From positions 1 through 64,000 of IMG/VR virus record IMGVR_UViG_3300020204_000036: DNA of 64,000 bases. One strand, given 5' to 3'. This stretch comes from a virus. Positions 42,133 through 51,713 of this stretch are shown piece after piece. Within the stretch, counting starts at the first letter, position 1, and each line of letters begins with the position of its first letter. The position numbers and the translations under genes are program-made. Under the pieces are notes generated by a model. It made no database searches, was not told the origin of the DNA, and saw only the letters and a program-made list of their open reading frames with translations.

Positions 42133-43710
42133 ATGGCAACTTTAACATCGAGGACATTGACTACTGGGGCATCACTAAATGACCTTATACACATTGTAAT
42201 AACGGGAGACACATCACAAAGTCCAAGTGGCTCATCATATAAGGCATCATTAAGTCAGTTGGTGCCTTTGTTTGGAGGGTCACCTGACGTATATTTAACA
42301 GGGGGGACTGCGGTTTCTTCAGGAGGAACAATTACGTTTACAAATAGTACAGGTGGAACCTTTACAGTTTCAGGGCTTACAACACCATTTACAGGTGGTT
42401 CGGGAAATTGTATTACAAGTTTTTACACTGAAAATATTCATGCATGTGTTGATGAAATAACAGTACATAATAGAGTTCAATCAACAGGTTCTGACGCTCA
42501 ATCACTTTTAAGTTTTGCTTTTGGTGGAAATGTTCAGGCTTTAAACAGATACACACATGCCGAAGGAATTGATACTATAGCCTCTGGAGATACTTCACAT
42601 GCCGAGGGCTCAGGAACTAAATCATTTGGACAATTTTCACATAGTGAAGGTACTGATACAAGAGCAGGTACAAACACTGCATATTTGGCGACAGGTTTAA
42701 CTTCAGGTGTTTTTTATTTGGACAGTACCTACGGTAATGTTAGCGCAAACTTTACCTCTGATTTATTTATATGGATTCACGATTTACCATTTGGTGGTTC
42801 TTTGACAGATAGCTTTAAAAAAGTGTCAGGAAGTACCTTTAGTGGCGGTCAAACTTTAGTTTATTTGTACGATACAGGTTTGACTGCAACAAATAACTTA
42901 TACATAGGAGATACTGCAATACCTGATTTGTGGCAGGGTAATGAGACTGCTGGAGGTAGAAGTGCATCTGTTAAAGGTTTTGCGTCAGGTGCTATTGGCA
43001 CAAACTCATTTGCTTCAGGACAAGGTAGTTTTTCAATGGGTTGGAATTCATTTACGGCTAATAAAGGGAATAAGGCGTTTGGAAATGCATCGACAGCTTT
43101 TGGAACATCAAATAATGTCTACGGAACAAGTTCAGTCTCTTTTGGAGACTCAAACATATTGGAAGGAGCGTCTTCAATAACAACAGGAAATAGTAATGAA
43201 GTATATGGTGATTTTTCATTCGCAGGCGGTGCTGACAATATTATAAATGGACAAACATCTTTTGTATTTGGTCAACAAAATACAACAAATAATGAACAAG
43301 GTGCTATTTTAGCGGGCAATAATAATCTTGTACAGAGCGGAGACACTACCAATTCAACAATTTTAGGTGGGAAAAATAACACAATAACTGGCTTGGCACC
43401 AAGTGACCCCGTATATGACTCTTCAGTAATAGGTGGTTCGGGCAACACTGTACAATCTTATAGTTCGGTGATTGTTGGAGGTGAAGGAAATACTTTGACA
43501 GGTAGTAGAAGCGTTGTCCTTGGTGGTACTGGAATAAGTGCTACCGCATCAGACACAGCATACGCCCCAAATATTGTTTTAGCATTTTCAGGAACCCCAT
43601 CAGGTAGTTTAGACACATTAGGAGAACCTGGTTCTTTACTATGGGACGATAGTTATTTTTACTATAAAGACAACACAGGTTGGAAAAGATTAAGCGGAGC
43701 AACTTGGTAA
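42133..43710 (+). CDS. Tail fibre/receptor-binding protein with YadA-head-like beta-roll repeats
   Basis: THAEG/SHAEG/SHSEG and S.A.G..N repeats; C-terminal GSLLWDDSYFYYK..GWKR. Confidence 0.75.
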   Translation: MATLTSRTLTTGASLNDLIHIVITGDTSQSPSGSSYKASLSQLVPLFGGSPDVYLTGGTAVSSGGTITFTNSTGGTFTVSGLTTPFTGGSGNCITSFYTENIHACVDEITVHNRVQSTGSDAQSLLSFAFGGNVQALNRYTHAEGIDTIASGDTSHAEGSGTKSFGQFSHSEGTDTRAGTNTAYLATGLTSGVFYLDSTYGNVSANFTSDLFIWIHDLPFGGSLTDSFKKVSGSTFSGGQTLVYLYDTGLTATNNLYIGDTAIPDLWQGNETAGGRSASVKGFASGAIGTNSFASGQGSFSMGWNSFTANKGNKAFGNASTAFGTSNNVYGTSSVSFGDSNILEGASSITTGNSNEVYGDFSFAGGADNIINGQTSFVFGQQNTTNNEQGAILAGNNNLVQSGDTTNSTILGGKNNTITGLAPSDPVYDSSVIGGSGNTVQSYSSVIVGGEGNTLTGSRSVVLGGTGISATASDTAYAPNIVLAFSGTPSGSLDTLGEPGSLLWDDSYFYYKDNTGWKRLSGATW

Positions 43711-43711
43711 T

Positions 43712-45286
43712 ATGGGATTATTAAGTGGAAATAGTTGTAATATAATAACACTCCTACCTTTGGGGTTAGATTGTGACAGCATTAATGCATCAACACCCGA
43801 TTCCACAAATGGTCTTATAACTCTTTATGTTACAGGAGGAACACCACCATATAATATTTCTTGGAGCAATGGGGCCCAAGGGTCTTTAATAACAAACTTA
43901 CTACCTGGCGATTATACCGCAACCGTTATAGATTATTATGGTGATTTTACAGGAAGGACAACTTGTAGTGTTGACTATGATAGTTTTTACTTAGAACAAT
44001 TTGAAGATTGCCAAAATTCAGGAAACTTTGTTTATTATGTTGCAGATTTACCATCTACTTTTGTTGATGGTAAAGTTTATAGTTTAACAACACAAACAGG
44101 TTGTTGGACACATAGTGGTCAAACACTTTATACAGGACAATCATATGTAAATAATTTTGCAGTCGTGTCAACAGGGCCATTTGATACTTGTTCAGATTGT
44201 TTACCACCACCAGTACCACCTCCGGTTTATCCACAAAATCTTTGTTTTGAATATACACCATCACCGAATACAACTTATTTAACTACCTACTCGAGTGGGT
44301 CTACAATTAATGGTTATCCATCTTGGACAAGTTCAACTACAACAATGTATTATAATACAGGAAACACAAGATGGGAAATTAGTGGATGGACTAATTCAGG
44401 AGTTCCTGCATTACTTCAACCCACAACACCACCAACAGGTAATTGGTCACTACTTGGAACACTACCTGCAACGATATTTGTTAGCACAGGAGTTTGTACA
44501 ACACCACCACTTACATTATCAGTAACAACAACACAACCGACTTGTTCAAATACAAGTAATGGTGTGATAAACGTTACAGGTTATGGTGGAGTTCCTTCAT
44601 ACACTTACTCAATAAATGGGGTAAATTATCAAGTATCAAATGTATTTTTAGGTTTGGGGGCTGGAAATTATACAGTTTACATTAAAGATACTAACAATAC
44701 GGTAACAGCACAATCGGTTACGTTGACGCCTCAAAACGCATTCACTAATTACGTTTTGAATTTAAGTTTGACGCCTTTGGCAAATCAAATAAATGTTGGT
44801 ACAACGGTAACGAAAACTTGGTATTATCAAATAAATGTAACGCCAACACTTCCAGCAGGTCGAACAGTAAATTTCACAATTAATACAGCGGTTGGTTTCA
44901 CGGGGAAAACATTCATAACAAACTTACCAATAATTACAAACTCAATAACAGCAACAACTACAGGAAGTGCAACATTAAGCTCTCCTGTTAACTCAACTGT
45001 TATATCAACAGGATTAAGTAGACCATCTTGTTTAACTTCATTTATTTATTACAGTTCTTACACAAATACTTATACTGCGACCATTTCATCGGGAGGTATT
45101 ATTAATGGAGTTATCACACAATTTATTGATACACCAACAATGGAGTTTAGAGGATGTGAATTAGAAGGATATATATTGGATTCCGTTTCAATTACAAATG
45201 TTACTATAACTCCATCAACATGTAGTGGTATAAGTGTAAATGGTTCGCCTAAAACAATGCCTTTACAAAAAATAGGTTTGTCTTAA
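43712..45286 (+). CDS. SprB-repeat, Thr-rich tail protein
   Basis: GGTPPYNISWSNG..LLPGDYTATVID; PTC..NGVINVTGYGGVPSYTYSING..GLGAGNYTVYIKD. Confidence 0.78.
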   Translation: MGLLSGNSCNIITLLPLGLDCDSINASTPDSTNGLITLYVTGGTPPYNISWSNGAQGSLITNLLPGDYTATVIDYYGDFTGRTTCSVDYDSFYLEQFEDCQNSGNFVYYVADLPSTFVDGKVYSLTTQTGCWTHSGQTLYTGQSYVNNFAVVSTGPFDTCSDCLPPPVPPPVYPQNLCFEYTPSPNTTYLTTYSSGSTINGYPSWTSSTTTMYYNTGNTRWEISGWTNSGVPALLQPTTPPTGNWSLLGTLPATIFVSTGVCTTPPLTLSVTTTQPTCSNTSNGVINVTGYGGVPSYTYSINGVNYQVSNVFLGLGAGNYTVYIKDTNNTVTAQSVTLTPQNAFTNYVLNLSLTPLANQINVGTTVTKTWYYQINVTPTLPAGRTVNFTINTAVGFTGKTFITNLPIITNSITATTTGSATLSSPVNSTVISTGLSRPSCLTSFIYYSSYTNTYTATISSGGIINGVITQFIDTPTMEFRGCELEGYILDSVSITNVTITPSTCSGISVNGSPKTMPLQKIGLS

Positions 45287-45319
45287 AATAAATTTATAAA
45301 AAAAATATATTTATAAAAT

Positions 45320-47533
45320 ATGTCATATATAATCAAAAATACCTCAGCGTTAATTAACACCATAATCACTGACGCGGCCAGAAAAAAAATATCGCAAGGT
45401 AAATTTGACATTTCTTATTTTGAATTAGGTGATAGTGAAGTTTGTTATAATTGTACAAGTAATACGGATTATGTCCAACTTAATGTTTTGATGCCCCAAT
45501 ACAACGCACAAAACTTAGCTCCGATTCCTGAAAAAAATAGAATGCAAGTTAAATATCCATTGTTTGTGGACTCAACATCAGGTAGCACCTTGGGAGTTCC
45601 ATTTGATGCGTCTTACATAGATAATGTATTTAATAGTGCTGCTCCTCGTGGATTCTTAACAGGTTCAACAGGCTCTCCTGTTGTTTTTAGTGCCTATACA
45701 TCTTCAGCATATACGATTAATCCTAATTTTCTTGTTTCTAATTCGGCGGTAACTTCGGGAGATGTATTAACATTAACATATTCAAGTATTGACCCAACAG
45801 TTTCAGGCACAGTTACAAATGGAATGTTTTTATTTTTATTTGGAACAGATAACATACAACCATTTACAGGAGCTGCGCCAATTTTTAGTTATGTTGTAGT
45901 TGGTGTAACAGGTGATACATCTACAGCGACCACTGTAAATATTCAAGTGGATAGACAATTACCTAACTTTAGTGGGATGGGATATACTGGTGACTCGAGA
46001 GTTATCTTCTATCCATCAGGTATGACAGTAATTTATGACTCTTTTACTCCTGAACCTTATTGGCATCCAAATGTCTTCAATTTTGAAACAAATTGTGATG
46101 TTTCACAAAATGATGTTAAAGTTTGGAATATGAACATTCCTTGGACAGAATCACCTGCAGGAATATTCAACACTGTGAATCAAGATTTTAACCAATTTGC
46201 ATCTACAGGATATACAGGTTCTAAAGAATATTTGGGTTACTATTCCGATAGTGGTCAAACAGATACAGATTCGGTATATTTTTATAATTCATTTTCTGAA
46301 AAAATAACTCTAAAACCATCTGAACAAAAGGCCATTGCGATTGTACATTATACAAATCAAGCGATTGATAACTATTATGGTGAAAAGTTTGCAATGCAAG
46401 ATTTTGACGCAAATAATCCAGGGAATACAGGTCAAGCAAGAAACTTTAAACTTTCCATTCCGTGGTTAATGTGGCACAAAAACCCAAGTGGTACAACAGG
46501 TGAAGTATTTTACACAGACCCATCAGGTTTTACTAGTTTAAATTTATTTACACCTCATTACATTGAGTCTAAAAAAAGTATAAACTTTAATGCCCCTGGT
46601 TTAAGATACTACCATCTTTGGGACACTCACCCAAATACAAATGGAATACCTAATAGAATTGGTAAAGTTTTCACTGATTTGAAAATTATAGTTTTTGATG
46701 ATGATGAAATAGTGGCAGCACTTAATTACAAGTCAAATAGAAGTTGGACTTTACCGGCACCTAAATTGGGGTTAGTAACTCCTAATACCTTTAGTGGTGT
46801 TTTAGGTGGGGTTCAGGGATTATTAACAGGAAATACTGAAACATTATTTTTAACATATAGATTTAATAACTCAGCATTTACAAATTCACTTCACTGTAAT
46901 TACTACCAAACAATCACAGGGAACGACCAAAGTTTATTACCGGGAGCTTCTGATATTCTTGTTAGATTCGGGAATGAGTTTCCATTTTTACAAGTTCCTT
47001 CAGTTGGATTACCTTCAGGATTTACTGCAAATGAAATTAAGTTATTGGCTCAAAAAGTCACAACTGCAACAACAAGACCCGATGTGACCCAATGGAGAGA
47101 AATTGATGTAACATCACAATTATCAGCAACAACCGTTGGTGGTTATTTAACGGTAACAGGTTTAACTGGAACAACCTTGCAGTTAACCAAAAACATGTAT
47201 GACACTGCACCAATATATGACCTTAATGATTATATAACGTTACCCGTATTAAATCAAACAGGAATAACCTTAAACTTTGGTGGTGAATTCTTCTTTTTTG
47301 GGACAATTGAAACAGATATTCAAGCAACAATATATGTTATGAACTTCTTATGTAATTTAGGTCAAACACAATTCTTCGATTCTTCAAACCCAACTTGGGA
47401 CGGAACAACACCACCTTACGTTACTGAAGTTGCACTTTACAATGCAAACAAAGAACTTATGGTTATTTCTAAGATACAATCACCTGAAAAAAGACAAGGT
47501 GTCCAGCAGTATCCTATTAAGTACGATTTTTAA
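45320..47533 (+). CDS. Tail-fibre attachment/collar-type protein
   Basis: N-terminal IITDAARKKISQG..ISYFELGD and C-terminal YVTEVALYNANKELMVISK, the two halves of a P2 gpH-like N-domain; TATTTATA at 45308. Confidence 0.6.
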   Translation: MSYIIKNTSALINTIITDAARKKISQGKFDISYFELGDSEVCYNCTSNTDYVQLNVLMPQYNAQNLAPIPEKNRMQVKYPLFVDSTSGSTLGVPFDASYIDNVFNSAAPRGFLTGSTGSPVVFSAYTSSAYTINPNFLVSNSAVTSGDVLTLTYSSIDPTVSGTVTNGMFLFLFGTDNIQPFTGAAPIFSYVVVGVTGDTSTATTVNIQVDRQLPNFSGMGYTGDSRVIFYPSGMTVIYDSFTPEPYWHPNVFNFETNCDVSQNDVKVWNMNIPWTESPAGIFNTVNQDFNQFASTGYTGSKEYLGYYSDSGQTDTDSVYFYNSFSEKITLKPSEQKAIAIVHYTNQAIDNYYGEKFAMQDFDANNPGNTGQARNFKLSIPWLMWHKNPSGTTGEVFYTDPSGFTSLNLFTPHYIESKKSINFNAPGLRYYHLWDTHPNTNGIPNRIGKVFTDLKIIVFDDDEIVAALNYKSNRSWTLPAPKLGLVTPNTFSGVLGGVQGLLTGNTETLFLTYRFNNSAFTNSLHCNYYQTITGNDQSLLPGASDILVRFGNEFPFLQVPSVGLPSGFTANEIKLLAQKVTTATTRPDVTQWREIDVTSQLSATTVGGYLTVTGLTGTTLQLTKNMYDTAPIYDLNDYITLPVLNQTGITLNFGGEFFFFGTIETDIQATIYVMNFLCNLGQTQFFDSSNPTWDGTTPPYVTEVALYNANKELMVISKIQSPEKRQGVQQYPIKYDF

Positions 47534-47539
47534 TTTTAT

Positions 47540-48145
47540 ATGGGAACAAAATCAGATTTAAAGAACTCACCAAAAGTTCTTGGCTTAGACATATCAACAA
47601 AAACAATCGGGTGGTCTTTATTTGACATTCAATCAAAAGAATTATTAGAATTAACACATTTTTCACCAATAATAAAACCTAAACCTGAAGATAAAATTCA
47701 AGAATTATTGTTGAAAGTTGTTTCTTTCGAAGAAAAACTTCAAAATTACAGAAACCTTGGAATAACTAAAGTTGTTATTGAAGAACCATTATTAAATTCA
47801 AATAACGTATGGACGGTAGGAACACTACTTAGATATAATTCAATGATTACAAAATCCATATACGATGTATTAGGAATTGTCCCAAATTATATTTCAACAT
47901 ATAACTCAAGAAAATACGCTTGGTCTGATTTGGTTCAAAAAAACGACAAAGACAAGTTTGTATTATTTGGTGGATTACCAAAAGATGTCGATAAAAAAGA
48001 AATTATTTGGAAAAAAGTTTCAGATAAAGAACCACAAATTACATGGCAACTTACAAGAAATAATACTTTAAAAAAAGAGTGTTATGATATGGCCGATTCT
48101 TATACTTGTGTTCTTGGTTATATGAAAGAACAAAAAATTTGGTAA
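47540..48145 (+). CDS. RuvC-like Holliday junction resolvase
   Basis: VLGLDISTKTIGWS, VVIEEP, DMADSY. Confidence 0.8.
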   Translation: MGTKSDLKNSPKVLGLDISTKTIGWSLFDIQSKELLELTHFSPIIKPKPEDKIQELLLKVVSFEEKLQNYRNLGITKVVIEEPLLNSNNVWTVGTLLRYNSMITKSIYDVLGIVPNYISTYNSRKYAWSDLVQKNDKDKFVLFGGLPKDVDKKEIIWKKVSDKEPQITWQLTRNNTLKKECYDMADSYTCVLGYMKEQKIW

Positions 48146-48186
48146 ACTAAATTTTATTTATCGTTTTATTAGCCGATAATATTACA

Positions 48187-48218
48187 TTTGACAAACCCAC
48201 CCTATACACCTATCTTTT
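48187..48218 (+). promoter_or_regulatory. Promoter for primase
   Basis: TTTGACAAA at 48187, TATCTTTT at 48211. Confidence 0.65.
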
Positions 48219-48222
48219 AAGG

Positions 48223-49140
48223 GTGGAAGCAGAAGAACTAATCATAGACCTTATAACAAACATTTTTGGAGAACCAAAGATGATAAATGAAATCAGAGGA
48301 CAAATCTCTGTTGATTGTCCTGTATGTTCGCACGAGATAAAAGGATTAGATAAAGGCGATGGTAAAGGTAACCTTGAAATAAATTACCAACAACACATAT
48401 TCAAATGTTGGTCTTGCGGTGAAACTCACGGAACTCACGGACATTTAGGAAAACTTATTGATAAGTTTGGTTCAAAAAAAGACAAGAAAATCTATAAGTT
48501 AATTAGACCTGATGAATTTGAAAAAAAAGAAAAAGTCTATAAAAAACTTGAATTACCAAAAGAGTACAAAAAGTTTGATGAGGTCCACCCACTTCATATT
48601 CCAAGAAAAGAAGCCATAAATTACCTACATAAACGGGGAATTTCCGATTATATAATCGAAAAATATCAAATTGGTTTTTGTTTGGAAGGTGAATATGCTG
48701 GAAGAATAGTAGTTCCTTCGTTTGATAAAAAAGGAGAACTCAATTTCTTTGTTTCAAGGTCTTGGAACCTAAGAAGTAAATTAAAATACAAAAACCCTGA
48801 AGCATCAAAAGACTTTTTAATTTTTAATGAAAGTTTAATTGATTGGAAAAAAGACATTTATTTAGTTGAAGGTGTATTTGATAGTTTCTTTTTAGATAAC
48901 TCCATTTGTTTATTAGGAAAGTTTCTAAATGACAACCTTTGGGAAAAATTATACACAAAAGCAAAAAAAAATATAATAGTTTGTTTGGATGGTGATGCAT
49001 ACACCGATGCAAAAAACTTATATGATAAACTAAACGGCGGTGTACTTTACAATAGAGTGAAGTTAGTAAAACTACCAAAAGATAAAGATGTCTGTGATTT
49101 AAAAGGAGACATAGAAAAATATTACGTAGAATTCAAATGA
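48223..49140 (+). CDS. DNA primase (Zn finger plus TOPRIM)
   Basis: CPVC..CWSC, YLHKRGI, GRIVVP, KYKNP, LVEGVFD, LDGDA, KDVCD; GTG start. Confidence 0.9.
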   Translation: MEAEELIIDLITNIFGEPKMINEIRGQISVDCPVCSHEIKGLDKGDGKGNLEINYQQHIFKCWSCGETHGTHGHLGKLIDKFGSKKDKKIYKLIRPDEFEKKEKVYKKLELPKEYKKFDEVHPLHIPRKEAINYLHKRGISDYIIEKYQIGFCLEGEYAGRIVVPSFDKKGELNFFVSRSWNLRSKLKYKNPEASKDFLIFNESLIDWKKDIYLVEGVFDSFFLDNSICLLGKFLNDNLWEKLYTKAKKNIIVCLDGDAYTDAKNLYDKLNGGVLYNRVKLVKLPKDKDVCDLKGDIEKYYVEFK

Positions 49141-50006
49141 TTGATTTAAAAGAAGTTGCAAAAGAAATAAGAGAAATAATAACACAAAAACAAAGTGAGT
49201 TTCAATTAACTTTCGAAGAAGACAAACACAAGTACACCATGGTAGATACTAATGGTGAAGTAAGAGATGATTTTCCATCTGTATCTAAAGTCATGAAATT
49301 GTTTTATGATGAGTTTCCAACTGAAGATGTTGCAAGACAAATGGCTAAAGGGAGCCCATATGTAATGCATACACTATTAGAAGAGTGGAAACAAAGTGGT
49401 ATTATATCTACAAACATGGGTAGTAGGGTCCACTATGAGTTGGAATTAGAAACAATCAATAAATTCAAAATTGATAAAGAAGTAAGACAACCAGTTTTTG
49501 ATTGTGATTTAAAATTAATCACAAAAAGTGATAAAATGATTAAGGGTGGTAAAAAGTTTTTACAATTAATGGAGGAAAGAGGGGCGGTTTTACTTGATAC
49601 AGAGATAGTATTAGGTCATCCAGAACTTGGATACACCGGTCAACCCGATAAGGTTTGGATAATGCTCAACAAACAAAAAACAGGTTTTGGATTTGTTATT
49701 ACTGATTGGAAAACAAATAAGAAAAAAAACATGGAGGTTAATGATTATACAAAACCCATGAAAGAACCATTTCAAAATCTACCAAATAATGCTCTTGGTC
49801 ACTACAACACCCAACTACCATTTTACGGTAAACTACTTTTAAAAATGTTGGAAGGAACAAAATATGAAAATATCCCGTTGTTAGGTGGGGTTATTGTTCA
49901 CTTATCAGAAGATACCGAATTCAAAGAATATAGAATACCAAAAGAAATTGTTGATACAATTTTAAAAATGGATATGACAAAGTATTTGACAAAAACAAAT
50001 CAATAA
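49137..50006 (+). CDS. PD-(D/E)XK exonuclease
   Basis: PSVS, GSRVH, TE..GQPD..DWKT, QLPFY. Confidence 0.8.
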   Translation: MIDLKEVAKEIREIITQKQSEFQLTFEEDKHKYTMVDTNGEVRDDFPSVSKVMKLFYDEFPTEDVARQMAKGSPYVMHTLLEEWKQSGIISTNMGSRVHYELELETINKFKIDKEVRQPVFDCDLKLITKSDKMIKGGKKFLQLMEERGAVLLDTEIVLGHPELGYTGQPDKVWIMLNKQKTGFGFVITDWKTNKKKNMEVNDYTKPMKEPFQNLPNNALGHYNTQLPFYGKLLLKMLEGTKYENIPLLGGVIVHLSEDTEFKEYRIPKEIVDTILKMDMTKYLTKTNQ

Positions 50007-50016
50007 GTTATATTTT
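49985..50016 (+). promoter_or_regulatory. Promoter
   Basis: TTTGACAAA at 49985, TATATTTT at 50009. Confidence 0.65.
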
Positions 50017-50019
50017 AAT

Positions 50020-50112
50020 ATGGAAAAAAATATTACACTATTATGGTATACCAACACTAGTTGGGACAATTTAATGAAGTTAAAATTAAACGTTAATTAT
50101 ATAATCAAATGA
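50020..50112 (+). CDS. Possible 30-aa leaderless peptide
   Basis: MEKNITLLWYTNTSWDNLMKLKLNVNYIIK; ATGA overlap with the next gene. Confidence 0.4.
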   Translation: MEKNITLLWYTNTSWDNLMKLKLNVNYIIK

Positions 50113-50327
50113 GTAAAGAAATCATCAGCCCAAAAATAGACTTACGACAACAAGAAACCGTTAAGTGTGAAAAGTGCAAATCAACATACTTTAAAGAAAT
50201 TACTTTATTAAAAAAAGTTTCGAAATTATTAACAGGAAGTCACGAAGACACCATTGTCCCTTTTCCAACATACATGTGTAATGATTGTGGACATGTAAAC
50301 AAAGACTTACAATTATTTGATAAATAA
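50109..50327 (+). CDS. Zinc-ribbon protein
   Basis: CEKC..CNDCGH. Confidence 0.75.
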   Translation: MSKEIISPKIDLRQQETVKCEKCKSTYFKEITLLKKVSKLLTGSHEDTIVPFPTYMCNDCGHVNKDLQLFDK

Positions 50328-50473
50328 TGGAAATAGGTAAAATGACAGTATCACAAGCATATCCACACCTAAAAACCGTGGCCTTAGCTTATGGATTAAA
50401 ATTAAACAGAGCTAAAGAATTTAAGTTCGCAAGAATTGTATTAGTAAACCTTTATTGTAGAGAATTATGTTAA
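50327..50473 (+). CDS. Small hypothetical protein (48 aa, not in ORF track)
   Basis: MEIGKMTVSQAYPHLKTVALAYGLKL...; TAATG coupling; fills the gap. Confidence 0.55.
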   Translation: MEIGKMTVSQAYPHLKTVALAYGLKLNRAKEFKFARIVLVNLYCRELC

Positions 50474-50709
50474 GTTATAAAGAATTTTATATTTGGTTGG
50501 AAGGTTACCTATATGGTAAACTTGAAAATAAACATATTGACATCACACCAATTGTTGAAAAAATGGGGCAAGTTAAGGATGAACCAAAGATTAACATTGC
50601 AGAACCATACCGAGTACCAATACCAATTAACCCTTTTCCAAAAAATGATGACCCATATAAACCACCATTCGAAGTATATTGTGGAAATAAAACACAATTA
50701 AACGATTAA
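50467..50709 (+). CDS. Hypothetical protein
   Basis: 80 aa, EFYIWLEGY motif, Pro-rich tail. Confidence 0.65.
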   Translation: MLSYKEFYIWLEGYLYGKLENKHIDITPIVEKMGQVKDEPKINIAEPYRVPIPINPFPKNDDPYKPPFEVYCGNKTQLND

Positions 50710-50710
50710 A

Positions 50711-50932
50711 ATGCAAACATTAATTTTTAACACAACAACAAAAGATGTAACCTTGTTAGAAGGTTCAATAGGAAAATCAAATGTATTATTAACTTTTGAA
50801 AATATATCAACCGTTAAGTGTAGTGAACTTGGTTTTTACGAAGTCATGAAAAAAGTTGACGAGGACTCATACACGTCAATTCCTGTGTTCAGAGCACCAA
50901 TCGCAAATACAAATATGAGAATTGAAAAATAA
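50711..50932 (+). CDS. Hypothetical protein
   Basis: 73 aa ORF tightly packed between neighbours. Confidence 0.65.
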   Translation: MQTLIFNTTTKDVTLLEGSIGKSNVLLTFENISTVKCSELGFYEVMKKVDEDSYTSIPVFRAPIANTNMRIEK

Positions 50933-50933
50933 T

Positions 50934-51713
50934 ATGATTAAAAAACTAATTCACTTTTCTGATTTACATATTCGTCTTTTCAAAGACCACGACCTTTATA
51001 GGTCAATTTTGGAAGACGCAATCAACCAATGGAGAGAGTTGGAGCCCGATAGAATTATTTTCACTGGTGACCTTGTTCATTCTAAAAATCAAATGACACC
51101 TGAACTTATTGAAATGGTTAGTTGGATTTTAACTGAATGTTCGTTTATTGCAAAAACAATTATTATCCCTGGTAACCACGACTTCTTGGTAAATAATACG
51201 GAAAGATTAGATGCTCTTACGCCAATTATCAATTCACTAAATAGTAAAAATATTGTTTACTACAAAGATAGAGGTGTCTACGAAGATGAAAATATTAGTT
51301 GGTGTGTGTATTCGCAGTACCAAGGAAATATTCCACCTGACATCACAGAGTCGAAGGGGACTAGAATTGGATTATTTCATGGACCAATACAAGGAATGAA
51401 AACTGACCTTGGGTTTGACTTTGGTGAAGAGGCATACGATGTTGAAAAGTTTGATGGTCTTGAAACTGTTTTGTGTGGAGATATTCACAAACGACAAGAG
51501 TTTAAGTTTAAAACCGGTAAAGGTTATATGATTGGAAGTCCAATTCAACAAAACATAGGTGAAAGTATTAAAAGACATGGTTATGGAATTTATGATGTTG
51601 AAACAAAAGAATATTCTTATGTTGATTTGCAAAATCCAAAACCTTTTTTAAAGTTTTCCATAAAATCGTTTGAAGATATTGAAAATGGAACAGAAAAACT
51701 CCAAAATCTTTAG
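50934..51713 (+). CDS. SbcD/Mre11-like metallophosphoesterase nuclease (gp47-like)
   Basis: SDLH, TGDLVH, PGNHD, LFHG, GDIH, GSPIQQN.GE. Confidence 0.9.
   Translation: MIKKLIHFSDLHIRLFKDHDLYRSILEDAINQWRELEPDRIIFTGDLVHSKNQMTPELIEMVSWILTECSFIAKTIIIPGNHDFLVNNTERLDALTPIINSLNSKNIVYYKDRGVYEDENISWCVYSQYQGNIPPDITESKGTRIGLFHGPIQGMKTDLGFDFGEEAYDVEKFDGLETVLCGDIHKRQEFKFKTGKGYMIGSPIQQNIGESIKRHGYGIYDVETKEYSYVDLQNPKPFLKFSIKSFEDIENGTEKLQNL

Noticed and set aside
47540-48145. TnpB/Cas12-like RNA-guided nuclease
   Set aside because: Only 201 aa, a plain resolvase-size RuvC without zinc finger, adjacent RNA or transposon ends
49137-50006. Cas4 or a CRISPR-Cas system
   Set aside because: No Fe-S cysteine cluster, no array and no other cas genes
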